64,000 nucleotides of DNA, from contig CM060733.1 in assembly GCA_030704615.1 (NCBI GenBank), positions 36,890,001 to 36,954,000 of the forward strand, in the 5' to 3' direction. Numbering within the stretch: the first letter of the stretch is position 1; each line of letters opens with the position of its first letter. The notes below the pieces were generated by a model. It did no database searches, was not told the origin of the DNA, and was given only the letters and a program-made list of their open reading frames with translations. Source of the stretch: Takakia lepidozioides. Its lineage: Eukaryota; Plantae; Bryophyta. Below, piece by piece: positions 1 through 12,770 of this stretch. A program made the translations under genes and the position numbers.

Positions 1-381
1 TCTTAGAGCATACAAAACCAGCAGTGCAACTTATATGCCATCATTTGGGATACAAAAACCCTGCTGAGAAAAAAACGTAATAAAAATGCTACTGAAACCC
101 TACAAACAATATCTCACGCCAAAAAAACCTTACAATCCTTACATATTGTGATTTCATGTAATGCTGCCTCCACAGTTCATAAAACCAGATACCTTGAGCA
201 TAATCACAGCTTCCAAAACAAACCAAGAGATTATGGGCACATGACATCTTGTGGCACTACTGGGCATGTTATAAGGATGTTATGTGCGGCATGATCAAGA
301 CCAAAACAGGGGGGTGGGGGGGGGGCTGTCTGAAAGCAGTAACTGCTGCTCCTCTCAGCCCCCCCCCCACCATTCCAAAAA

Positions 382-407
382 ATATATATATATATATATA
401 TATATAT
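382..407. repeat. (AT)n microsatellite
   Basis: Run of atatat visible in the sequence. Confidence 0.9.
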
Positions 408-688
408 GGGGGGAAAAAACTCAGACTTTAAAATATGAGACATGAAGGTAGACTCGGATACTTATGTCTGTGCATGAAGATGATAGGTCTGGAAATTGGA
501 AAGCAAATGCACCATCGTATTAAATGGATATAAAGCTGGTAGAACTGATGGCAGACTGAACGAGCTTATCAAGCACAGAGACGATCCCATGAGCTTATCT
601 GAAATCCAAAACCTGGCTGAGAATAAACCCAAACAAAAACCCTATTGAAGCTCGGTAAGCAGTTCATGTTAAGCAATGGCACAAAGAA

Positions 689-1546
689 TTAACAAAACAT
701 AGAAAAGATGTGACATACGTGCAGTGGTCGTTGTCCAAAACTGTGTTTGCGCACATGATCCTTGAAACTAGGAGCATAGGCAAGTTCTTCCAAATAGGGT
801 ATGACTCCCATCAGCCCACTGTCAGCAGGTCCCGTATGATGATTCCATGACACCGGATAAATCCCTGAGTGTAGAGGATTGCGAGAGCCTTTGTATGGAG
901 TATCATCTAGAAGAATAGTATTGTCCACTGTCCATTGTGGCATCTCCCGCCAGAGTCTATCAAGACACTTGTAAAAGTAGGGCCTCCCATGATATCACTA
1001 GGTGCCATGGTGACTTTCACAATGGGATTGATCCCATGTGAAATCAAGCTGGGAAGCGTATTCCCGAAATATGAAGTCAACCGTGGCCTTCACATTGTGG
1101 GCTTGCGCTGACAATCAGAGGCCAACTTCAAAATGTTTAAAACATTCCGCAATGAACTCATACACACAAGGCCTCAAAATGACTTTCTTTGTGCCACATG
1201 ACTTTGCCACAACCCCCGGTGGAGTATATACAGCCCCATAATTAGCATCACATAGCAAGCCATTCAGATCTAGAATTAAAATATGTTTGGAGGTGGGAGG
1301 GGTGGGCTTATCAACTCGTTTGATTGCCGCATCTCTCACGTCGTGTGTTGTAGGTACTCCACTCTCATTTGCAACTTCAGACCCCATAGTGTTGAGTACT
1401 GCTGCTGCCGGTGGTGTGCTAGGTAGCACTTCATCATCTGCGACAAATGTGCTTTCATGAGGGGAATGAGTTTTGTTTGTGGTGGTAGACTGCAATGCCG
1501 CATCATGTGGGAGATGACTCATCCGAAAAATAGTTTTTTTTATCAA
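689..1546 (-). pseudogene. FCP1/NIF-type HAD-superfamily phosphatase-like pseudogene
   Basis: ORFs 1115-1546 and 689-943 share a frame. Joined, they read ILILDLNGLL..VILRPCVYEF..FEVGL*LS..WDQSHC..TILLDDTPYKGSRNP, the plant FCP1-homology signature, interrupted by in-frame stops near 1116 and near 1000. Confidence 0.75.
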
Positions 1547-2049
1547 AACTGGAATTAAAAAATACAGGGATTGGGAACTGCAATTAAATATTGCAGTTCC
1601 TCTCTTACATTACACCCATTTCTTTTGGTTCTCACCAAAGTGTCTTCTCCTCACAAGATTCGCCCATCTCCTTCATTCTAAGTCCACATGGTCGTAGTGT
1701 TGGGCTCAATATGATTGGTCTAAAAAATGTCCTGAGTATAAACTGCGTGGCAATTTGTGAAAGTTGTTGCTTAAACAGACAGGCTTTCTTGCGGTTTACT
1801 GCTTCTGAATCTTCTCCCATTATTCGTGAGTAGCTTTCTGTAAGTCTGGCTTCAAGTACAAAGTTACATTTTCTTTATTGTCTTTTCGGATTATCTTAAG
1901 ATTCTTCTCAATTTTCTTCGTCACTATTTAGACCTGAACCTCGCTTTGTCATCCATGTCATCTTAGGTCAATTTCTCTTGGGTCTGTTTATCTTATTAGG
2001 ACCTTCTAAAGACAATACTTCTTGGGCCTTCAGTCCTTACATTGTTCTC

Positions 2050-2970
2050 ACCTTAAACCATATACCCTAAACATAATTCGAATGTTTGATGCACATTTTT
2101 CAAGAGTTACAAGGTTGGGCATAATAGAATGGCCCTTAGGATATTTCATTCAAGTCTAATTTCTTAGGTGACAAGTCACTTGTACACTTTCCCAGATTTT
2201 TTGGTCCATTCATACCCAGTAGTATGTTTACTACACTACTCAACTCCGTACCCTAAAACCTAATTCGAATGTCTGATGTCTATTTAATTTATTGCTTCCA
2301 GTTTTGGATGCAGTCGTAAAGGAGGGGATATTTCCTGAATTGTTGTACGACCTCCACGTAAAGACTCACATTCCATAATTGTTTATCTATTTATAGTTCT
2401 CTAAAACCTAAACCCTAAGCCCTAAGCCCTTAAACGTAACTCAATTGTTTGATGCGCATTCTTCATAGATTAGATACAATCTATGGCTAGGAAATTTTAT
2501 TCCCTAAACCCTAAATCATAGGTGACAAGTCATCTGTACCATCCCAATATTTTCTTTTCCATTCATACCGAGTACTATGGTTAGTACCCTCGCAAACTCT
2601 ATACCCTAAAACCTAATTTCAATGTTTGATGCTTATTTATTTATTACTTCCAATTTTAGATACGGTCGAAGTGGTGGGGATAATATTTCATGAATTGTTC
2701 TACGTATGGATAAAGACTCAAACTCCATAATTGTTTGTCCATTTACAGTTTTCTAAAATCCTAAACCCTAAACGAAACTCCACTGTTTGATTCACATTCC
2801 TCATAGAAATTTGGATACAATCTGTGGTTGGGATATTTCATTAACAAATTTTCATAGGTGCCAAGTCATCTTTATTTACACTTTCCTATATTTTCTTTTC
2901 CATTCATACCAAGTACTGTGTTTCAATGTACCCTAGCAAACTCTATAATCTAAAACCTAATTCCAGCTTG
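2050..2970. repeat. Degenerate AT-rich tandem repeat (~350-bp unit, ~3 copies) with scattered CCCTAA(A) motifs, probably a transposon internal/subterminal region
   Basis: taggtg(a/c)caagtca recurs near 2165, 2519 and 2856; taccctaaa(a)c(a/c)taatt recurs near 2063, 2249 and 2602. Confidence 0.65.
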
Positions 2971-3534
2971 GTTCAATGACTTTATAGCTGAATCTACATG
3001 ACACTCTTCCACAATATTTGGACCTTTCGAAATGATCCCTAAATATTTTGAAATATAATTCACATGTTTCATTGAAATCCAACCTTATTCTATTCAATGT
3101 TTTAATCCATCAATTGAAAACTTGCAATACATTGGTTCATGGTACTACTATACTGTAAGCATGGTATGGATGTTTACTTTTCATTTGTATATTATCTTCT
3201 TGAATCATCTGTTTATGTCATACATCTATCAATTTATTAATAACTTCATTCAATCAATCTTATCTTTATAATTTTCTGATGCAAAGTACGTCATTTGACT
3301 TATCATTCGATGTTACATGAATGGGATTGTGCAACTTCACAAGTTAAATGACTCAATATTCCACGATATTATTATTAATACTTGAATTAATTTTAATTAT
3401 GTTATATATTAAGTTTGGTCCGGATTTAAGCCAAAAGTCCGGAATTACTTAAAATAGGGTTATGTGCTGTTCAGTCCGTCGCTCCACAGAAACAGCCTGT
3501 GCTGCACGTGATGATGTGTCCACTCTAACCCGTG

Positions 3535-5160
3535 TCACATCTTGTTCAGCCATAGTGTTTGAACACTCATTCCGTATCCTCAATGCTCCCACATTTGGCA
3601 TACATGTCCACGAGGGTGTTGTTCAGAATCACATCTGGTACAATTCCAGCTTTGGTGATGTCACCATGGACCTCTCTCCGCTTTTCCAGAGCTCCCAGGC
3701 TTGCACACGTATTGCAAATACAAACAAATGATGTGGTTGGGCTTCACCTCTTCGCGCAACATTTGCTCATAGGTGTCCAAAGCATTTCTACCACACCCAT
3801 GCTTGGTAAATTCTGCCAACATTATATTCCACGTGATCAAAGATGTTGAGACATTCTATTGAACACTTGGTGAGCATCCATGATGCTCCCGCACTTAACA
3901 TACATGTTGACAAGGGTGATGAGTAGAAAAACATTTGGCGTGAATCCACGTAGGATAATGTGGTATGCGCCTACTTTACAGCCTCCAGACCATCCATCTT
4001 GATGCACTTAAGCAAGAGACAGACATATGTATCTGAAAATCTGCTGAAATGTCTCCTTGGTTTAAAGTCTGTAGAGCCTCTGTCAATCTGCCTGCCGCAC
4101 AAAGTATCTTCACATGCCCCAGAAGTGCAAGAAGAGGCATCGTGGACTCCTTCTCTTGATCCTCTTTCCAAAGCTGTGGTCATGGTTGAGGTGCTTGTAT
4201 TATCAATTGTGCCGTTGCAGTTGCTGCCTTTAGTTGACCATAAACCCCTGCAGGTTTCTGTAGCTATTGATCTACATGTAATCATAGGTAATCTGAATTG
4301 CATCTGCTTCTCTCTGTAGTCCAACATGCATTCACCTTTTTTGTCTCCATTGTCCTACCATTGACTGAGGTCGGAACAGTGTTCATTCCAAAGCTTCTCC
4401 TCATCTCTATTATCTATTTCTGGATACTTTCTTGCTGCCACATCGGCAGTAACTTGTCCAAGTCACTCCAAACCACCATAGATCCACCCAACGAGCTAAT
4501 TTACAGAATTCAATATGCATCTTAGGGCCGAGTCTGATGAGAGGGCAAAATAGGCGGAAATAGGTTGAAGAAGAAGGTGTGTCATGACCCATGAAGACCA
4601 TCAACCCAAAATGACCTCTTGTGTGTGCTGCTTGTGTCCATAGTCAAGTAATGTTGGATCGGTCTGTGAGAACCACCACAGTGCAGCTAAGCAGGTAGAG
4701 ATTGAAACACGGCCTGGCAAGACCAAGCTGACTCTCGCAAGAACCTTATAAACATCAGGAAGAATACCAAATCATGGTACTAATAGGAGCCAATAGCCCA
4801 CATTGGACTCCAGCACCAGCCAACAATAATCCTGAAGTAGTTACCCCGCTTACTGAACGAAGTGTTCTATACTCACCCTCCGACAATTATAAATCAATCC
4901 CTCTTGGTCTTGGCACACAAAGGGTTCTTTCAAGAACTCTGAAATATGCTCATTTTTTTTCCTGGGATTCTCACTGGAGAACGTTCTCTTGGATGCGCCG
5001 TTTGAAGAAATGCCCTCCGCACAGTTGAGCTCTAGAACCCTTCTTACTTCATGGCTGTATATTATAGATCGCCTCGGCAAGCCAAACCTATCTAAACCTG
5101 TTTTAAATGCCAGGCCTTATCAGCCTATATAGCCATTGCGCGCGCTCTCTCTCTCCTTTG
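3535..5160 (-). pseudogene. PLS-class PPR pseudogene with a degenerate PDF-like N-terminal motif (copy 1)
   Basis: Frameshifted PPR motifs (TYVCLLLKCIKMDGLEA..; NTLVDMYAKCGSIED..). Upstream EEKLWNEHCSDLSQW*DNGDKK is followed by a GT donor. Truncated after a few repeats; the 5' boundary is approximate. Confidence 0.8.
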
Positions 5161-5264
5161 AACATCAACAAAATCAGGGAGGAAAATGGTCAGTCTCGAC
5201 GAAGTATCGTTCAAGAAATTATTTTCGGATTTTTCGGGCAATCCGGGCAAATAGAAAGAAATTG

Positions 5265-6321
5265 ACGACGTACGAAACGTGGCGACGACAGGTGGCTACG
5301 AAACGTGGCGACGATGACGTGGCACTATGGCACCCTATTCCAGCTCTACGCTAAACTAGCTCTCGACCTTCGGTCGTCACTAGAATTTTATCCTTACCCG
5401 ACTGGGATTGTATGTGCACACAAATATAAAACCTGGACCTGGAGGGTTCATTTTTTAATTAAAAAAGAGCAACACGGACCCTGGGGTATATTGAAAGCCC
5501 AACACTGGTTGTTACTTGTTACCGGGTTAAATAATTGCGTGGACCCTCAATACTAGTCCAGGGAAAAAAACCGTCCTTTCAGGTGTATTTATTCCTGTGG
5601 TTTTGGGTGAGGTTACCTTAAGAGCCTCCCTACTAAACTGACTCATCAAGAAAGGTATCTTGATATAATGGATGTTATTTTTTTTTATCTTTTTGTTTTT
5701 CTTTGAAGGCATGAGAGAGCTCGAAATTTTGTTTTCCAAGAAAGGTTGAGGAAAAAATAACCTCAAATACAAGCCATGAAGGCTGAGGAAGGGGATGCCG
5801 GCCGATGACCAAAGTGACCACAAAAAGCCCTATTGTAGGGGCTAATCAAGGGTTCCCCCTCCTTGGTTTGGAGGGTTCAAAGGAAAGCTGAAGCCTTGGA
5901 TCTGCCTCGTTGGAGCTTCCACGGTGTCTCCAGTTAACATCTGATTCATCTTCATCAGTGGGCGAAAGGCGGGTGCTGACTGAGCTATTTACATGTATAT
6001 TTTTCCGAGGAACATTTTTTCAAAATATTGGACCAGAGAGCTGGTTGTCCAAAATGTGTAGTCAACCGGTGTGTAGCTAGTCCGGCGGATATCCTCCAAT
6101 CCGGATGTTCAATTTCTCATACCCACGGGATATGATTAGTAAAATTGGATGGATCCAGTTCTGGATAGAGCGATACAGGGGGTTGATATCCAGATGGGTG
6201 TATATGTGCCCAACACTGCTTTTAACACGATGACGTGGCGTGACGACGATGACGTGTCTACGATGACATGGCTACGATGACGTGGAACTATGGCACCCTA
6301 TTCCTGCTCTACGCTAAACTA
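5265..6321. promoter_or_regulatory. Divergent intergenic region with two copies of an ACGTGG-rich block (G-box/ABRE-like)
   Basis: gatgacgtgg(c/a)actatggcaccctattcc(a/t)gctctacgctaaactag occurs near 5312-5358 and 6276-6322, each preceded by further ACGTG motifs. It lies between the head-to-head PPR loci. Confidence 0.3.
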
Positions 6322-7503
6322 GTCTCCGAGAATTACTTGCATGATCTCCTGAACACTTCCCCTTTGCTTGCTAATAGGAAGTAAACGTGTGTATACTATT
6401 CGAGCAGTGGAAGCGAGCCTTCGGACTGTGTCTTCAGAGACTGCGGGATGGCAGCGATGGTCAGTGCGCGAGGAGGCGCCATGGCCGAGGTCCAGTTTTT
6501 ACCTTGCGGTCATGCTTCGGGAGTCCTTGCCCCATTCACGGCTTTAACAGGCCAGGCTGGGGAGGTGGAAGGGGTGATGCCGGGCCCCAAACTGTTGCGA
6601 GGGATGGCCATGACGCGTCCCAGCCTGCAGGGATTATGAAGAAAGGTGTAGATATTTGGAATTTGGGTGATCTTCTTGGGTTGAGTCTAAAGTGAGAGCG
6701 ACGTCGGAACCCAACCTGACAGAAACTACATCCATCTTTGGTCGAAAACCTTCACTTAAGGGCGGTAGAGAACTATATTCGAAACCATTTCTTCCTTCCA
6801 TAAGCTCTTTCAGTATCTGCTGAAATACCTTACATGTCTTCAATTCATATGAGAGGGGAGGTTAGTTTATGGAGCACCTTAGAGTAGCATTCCAAAATAA
6901 TCACTAGGAGCTATTAAAGGATCGCTTTCTGCTCTATCACTCCTCAATATAAATTGAGATGGTCAGAAATCGGCGACGTTCTCATGGTCTTGTAGTGTTG
7001 CACACAGGTGAAGCAATGAGCGAAGAGTACCTCAGATCCTGCGAGTATTCTGCCAGGTGCTTGAACTCATGACAATTTTGCTCTTCCTCGCAATAAAAGC
7101 AGCAGTTCTTATTAGGCTGTTCGATGTAGTTCCCTATATTTTAAAGAAGCTTGGAGCTTTGGTGGTTTTAGTCTGGTCGATTGAAGCATAGCTGCTCAGC
7201 TGCCCATGGCGAAAGTTCAGCTGCACGACACAAGGTGGAACACAATCTGGTGAAATTTTATCTCAGATTATGATCACATATGGGCTGTGGATGGACATGA
7301 GGCTCATGGTTGCCTTGAAAGGCGGGATTGGCCATAACCAGCTCCATAAGTTTCTGCTGGAAGATCTTATTTTTGGGGTTGAAATTTTTGTGTCCAAGAA
7401 GCTAGAGGACGAAGGTACTAAACTTGTAGATGTCATCCACTGCTGCATTGGCTCCTCTCAATAAAGACTCGCGTTACTGCAGTTCTTGCATGCAGGTCCA
7501 GCA

Positions 7504-10435
7504 ATGAGCAAAGAACAGCTGTGGCAGGAGGTCTTCTCACATCCTACACAGTGGTGGGACAACAGGTTTGAGAAGGTAGGCTATCTTAGTCTAGGAGTTT
7601 GGCAGTGGATAAGGAGGGCTTGCGACTGAAACTGGCCTGCCAATGTTTTGTGGACTGAATTGTATGTCTAGTTGCTTAGATTATTGAGCATTTTTCTCTT
7701 TGTGGCGAAAAAGCAGCTAGAGATGTCTTACACCGCAGCAATAAGCACATAGTTTTTCCATTTTAGCCAGACCAGAAATTAGGTTGCCCAAGCTCTTTGA
7801 AGCATCGTCGGGGATTTGGTAATTGTAGCCTGGTCTATGGAAATTTTTTGGTTGAAATGAAATCACTGCTCCCCACTTATGGTTGTCACAGAAAAATCCA
7901 AGGTCACCATACCTCAGACATAAGCGCACAAAAGAAGCTGTTTGGATTCTCGGTTGGTTAAACCCTCCTGGGGTGACAGCGGAGCTAGCTGCCATAACGC
8001 CAGTTCGACCTCAATCTGCCAATGGTCCAGGTTATGGGCGAAGGACAGAGCCTGGCCAAACTTGGTGTGTGGAAGAAGTCGAGTATCAACCACAATCAGC
8101 CTGGTTTGGAGGACCAAAAAGGAAACTAAACAACTCTTCTGGCACTTCCGGTGGGGATGTGATGACACTTTGTAAGAAAGGACATTTGAAAGAGGCACTG
8201 CACATTTTGAATGAACAAGGCATACGAGCAGACTCCAGTACATATGTCTGTGCCTTGCAGGGTTGCACAAAAATGCAAGGCCTAGCAGAGGGAAAGCAGG
8301 TGCACGCCCATATTATCCAAAGTGGATTTCAGCCAAACATTTTTCTGCTGAACACCCTTGTGAACATGTATGCCAAGTGTGGCAGCGTGGTGGATGCACG
8401 CCAAGTGTTTGACAAAATGCCTGAAAGAGATGTAGTTACGTGGAATACAATGTTAGCAGGATATGCAAAGCATGGGCGTGGTAGGGAGGCTTTGGAGATA
8501 TATGAGCAAATGATACAGGAACGGGTGATCCCAAATAGGGTCACATTCGTTTCTGTTCTGAAATCATGTGCCACAACGGGAGCCCTGGAAAAGGGCATAG
8601 AGGTTCATAATGACATCATGAAAACTGGAATTGTGCCAGATATTATTTTGGGGAATGCCCTTGTTGACATGTATGCCAAATGCGGGAGCATGAAGGATGC
8701 GCGTCAACTGTTTGAAAAGATGGTTAAAAGAGATGTGGTCTCATGGAGCTCTATGATAGCAGGATATGCTCAACGTGGGTATGGTAGGGACGCTTTGCAG
8801 ATCTACGACCAAATGATACAGGAAGGGGTGACACCCAACAAGGTCACATTTACTTGCGTTCTGAATGCGTGTGCCCACCTAGGAGCTTTGGCAAAGGGTA
8901 TAGAGGTCGAGGCCGACATCAAAAAAGCTGGAATTGTGCCAGACATCATTCTAGAGAATACACTTGTTGATATGCACGCCAAATGTGGGAACATAAAGGA
9001 TGCATGTGAAATGTTCAACAAAATGGCTCGACGAAATGTGGTCTCATGGAACGCCATGATCAGTGGATATGCTCACCATGGCTGTGGCAGTGAGGTTTTT
9101 GAGATCTATGAACGAATGTGGCAGGAAGGGGTGACACCAAATGGGGTCACTTTCACTTGTATTCTCAATGTGTGTGCCAACCTAGGAGCCCTGGAAAGGG
9201 GTGTAGAGGTCCATGCTGACATCATGAAAATTGGATTAGTGCAAGACATCATTGTAGAGAATGCCCTTGTCGACATGTATGCAAAATGTGGACGCCTGAA
9301 TGATTCGTGGCAATTGTTTAACAGTATGGCTAGACGAAATGTGGTCTCATGGAACACCATGACTGCAGGATATGCTCAGCATGGGCGTGGTTGGGAGGCC
9401 CTCGAAATTTATGCGCAGATGAGAGGGGAAGGGGTGATGCCTGACAACGTCACATTTATTTGTGTTCTCAAGGCGTGTGCGAGTCTAGGAACCCTGGAAA
9501 AGGGCAAAGAGGTCCATGCTGACATCCTGAAAGCTGCAATTCTGCCAGATATTGCTCTGGAGAATGCCCTTATCGATATGTATGTGAAATCCGGGAGCAT
9601 GATTGATGCCCATAAAATGTTTGCCAATATGGCTGAAAGAGATGTAGTGTCATGGACCACCATAATTGCAGGATATGTTGAGCATGGGTGTGGTTGGGAG
9701 GCCATCGAAATGTATGAGGAAATGATACAGGAAGAGGCGAGGCCCGACAGGTTCACGGTCAATTGCGCTCTCAATGCGTGTGCCACCCTAGGATCCCTAG
9801 AAAAGGGCAAGCGCATCCATGCTGACATCAGCGAAAGAGGAATTGTGCCAGATATTATTTTGGAGACTACCCTTGTGGATATGTATGCTAAATGTGGGAG
9901 TATGGTGGATGCGTATCAAATGTTCAACAATATGGCTGAACGGGATCTGGCCTCATGGAACGCGATGATCACTGGCTGTGCCCAGCATGGGTGCAGTAGG
10001 GAAGCCCTGCATCTGTTTGAACAAATGCAACATGAAGGCTTGAAGCCAAATGATATCTCCTTTATAGGTATTCTCTCTGCATGTAACCACAGGGGCCTGG
10101 TGGACGAAGGCTGGTATTACTTTGACTCCATGAGTCAAGATCGTGGCCTCACTCCTACAGTGGAACATTTTGGCTGTATGGTAGACCTTCTTGGCCGTGG
10201 AGGGCGTTTGGATGAGGCAGAGGACTTCATTAACAAAATGCCAGTGGAACCAGATGCTTCGCTGTGGAGGGCCTTGCTTGGTGCCTGCAGAATTCAAGGC
10301 AACGTGGAGTTAGCAGAACGTGCCGCAAAGGGCATTCTTAAATGTGATCCACAGCAGGAGGAAGCATATGTGCTGCTAGCAAATGTCTATGCTGCAGCTG
10401 GGAGGTGGATGCCAGAGCATAGGTTAGAAAAATGA
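7504..10435 (+). CDS. PLS-class PPR protein (L-S-(P-L-S)x5-P2-L2-S2-E1-E2) with an N-terminal OSB/PDF-like motif; exons 7496/7504-7575 and 7892-10435
   Basis: 850-codon ORF with 101-aa PLS triplets (WNAMIxGYAxHG / FxCVLxAC / NALVDMYAKCG) and an E domain (WRALLGAC, AYVLLANVY). A phase-0 GT-AG intron at 7576-7891 joins LWQEVFSHPTQWWDNRFEK to KNPRSPYLRHKRTKEAVW. The true start is uncertain. Confidence 0.9.
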
Positions 10436-11149
10436 TGGAGTACAGTGGTTCAGAAAGTAGCCAGGGAGCAGCTGTTGAAGGCAACAACTAATTGCACATT
10501 TGTTGTGGACGGCAAAACTGCAACCAAAATGAAGGAGGAAGGTTGCCCTATCCATGCCATCAAGAACCGTTGGGTCTGAGGTGACTCCCACACCACGACA
10601 CAGATCATGGGATGAGCAGTTCTTTTAAGGGACTACAACTGCTTTCAAGTGGGGGTGCATTCTTGTGGGAATTACTGAGTGAATCAAGCAAATACATGGA
10701 AGAACTGAACCAGTCCAAACTTGAGGACTGGAAAGCTTATACTTCATCGTGTTTTCGGTAAGCGAAGTCTAAGATCCTTTACATTCAGCAGTCAGTTGTG
10801 GATTTTCTGTGAATCACAGTGCAGTATGGAAACTGAACAGCAGCAGTGAAATCATGGCAGAGGAGTCGATGACCCATTGCAGCAGGTAACTATATGCATG
10901 AAGAAATCCAGATTCCGATTCTTTTCTGGAGGCTGCATCTTGCTTCAACCCTCTACTTTGAAAACGTCACCTCCCACATCTGAAACCAGAAAAGGCCAAA
11001 ACATTTGTCAACTAAAGATTGACATATATGAAACAACTTTGTTCTCCAGAAGATCTTTAACAAACTTCGTTCAAGTCAAGCAGACTGGAGCTCAATGTGC
11101 CCAAGGATAGGTGATAGAGAGGGGAGGGTGCACGCCAGAAAAGCATCTG

Positions 11150-11482
11150 CAGCTTCAAGTTCTACCCAAAGCAGGAAAACAGTCTGAGCCTTCTGCAATG
11201 ACTTTGGCCGACCAGTGAGGCACTTGGAAACCATAGCATCCTTCCCATCCCTGCCAATGACAACATCATGGTGTGTAGCTGAAAGGAAGGACAGATTACC
11301 TCCACTCGGTGGACAAAATATGTTCCAGCCTGTGGACACAATCGCAAAGAGAGGGAGACATTAGGCATCAATGTCACTTACTGCCTCAGTCTCAAGCCCT
11401 GAATATCTATCTGCTCTCTTAAGATATCCAGACTGAACTGAACACTTTCAAGCCTACTTTTCAAAGGAAAGATGAAAGCCAA
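11150..11482. repeat. Local ~330-bp duplication of 12880-13250 (also present at 55367-55740)
   Basis: Near-identical sequence from ttcaagttctacccaa to ggaaagatgaaagccaa at all three sites. Confidence 0.85.
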
Positions 11483-11846
11483 TGTTTCAGTCACGCTTCA
11501 GATGGAGAAACACCGAGATCAGTAAGGAGGAAATGCATCCAGAAGGATAGGTCCGTTGAAACGAACGCCCTAGGTCCCAACCCTATTTGACAGGGTTCCC
11601 ACATCTATGAGGCTTCATCAGACCAAATGTCCTTCACTCTGGAGATTCCCACTCCTTCCCATAAAGCCGTTGCATACAGTCACCAACAATTCGACATTGA
11701 AGTTTCTAAACAGATGTTGGGAAAGATCTGGCTGGGACTTTTAGGCACTTTTTGTTTTCGGTTTTGAGAACCAGAATTTTTGGCCTTGACCAACCAATTT
11801 CAGGGGTTTTAGATTTTTGTGGGGTATAAGCACCTCCATGCCAACT

Positions 11847-12770
11847 TGCCTTTTTGCCCTCATTTTCTGCCTGAACCTTGCATTCCTACCACAGATTAGT
11901 TTTTGCCTCCACATGAGGCTGAAAATGACTAAAACAATTGCCACCATCCTGAACACGGTAAGAGCCCTTTATCCCTTGTTGTAAACTTTATAATCCCACA
12001 CATCACTGCTCCTACTTCGCACTTTCAAGAGCTTATGGTGCTTCCCAACACCACTTTAACAAATGCCCATATGTTTATAACATTCTCTGCTCCTCACTAC
12101 AGGAAGAAGTCTAATATCGTACCCTTGCATACTAGTTGGCTAGCTCTGTGGCTTGGGATTGTTAGATGCAGGTTGTGGTCAGTCTTTCATAAGGTTGCAG
12201 GAAGCCCCATTGGACCATCCCCCATGTTGCAGGTTATTCACATTTCTGCCACCCACAGAGCTACTGACTGCACTTTAATCACAATAACACATGGTAACAA
12301 CACAAATGCAATGATCCAACCCTTCACTCGTATTACTATCCACACACATTCTCTACAATGTACCGCCCTACCAATTCTGGTACAAGTCTTATTACTACAT
12401 CACAAATACCATACATTAGCATGTCCCTAAGGCTACCATATTAGGCTGTTGATTAGCCATCCAGAAAATGCGAGGGACTGGAAGATAGAGTCTCGCTAAG
12501 CAGTTTATAGTCTAATTATTAGTGCTAATCTGCCGAATCGAGTGTGCAGGAAGTGACCAGGATTTGTGAACTGTCAGTGCGAAAGGGCCAAAGATGAGGC
12601 TCAAAGGTAAGCACGCTATGCCAACACCCCAAAAACCTGCAGAGCAAACCAGACACTGCCATGTTAGGACTATCCTAGCCCCTATTTCCATTTCTTTTGT
12701 GTGGGTAGGAACTCTCTTTCCTTCCCATGATTTCCGCAACATGCTGTAGCATATTTCTATTAACATAGAT
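11847..12770. repeat. Dispersed repeat, also at 24310-24780, 33671-33910 and 52692-53350
   Basis: Shared blocks tgcctttttgccctcattttctgcc..., aatgcaatgatccaacccttcac... and ctaagcagtttatagtctaatt.... Confidence 0.8.

Noticed and set aside
2400-2780. CCCTAAA motifs as a telomere or interstitial telomeric array
   Set aside because: Only isolated or paired degenerate units inside a larger repeat.
8329-10297. Series of minus-strand ORFs with ~303-bp periodicity
   Set aside because: Antisense shadows of the PLS triplets.
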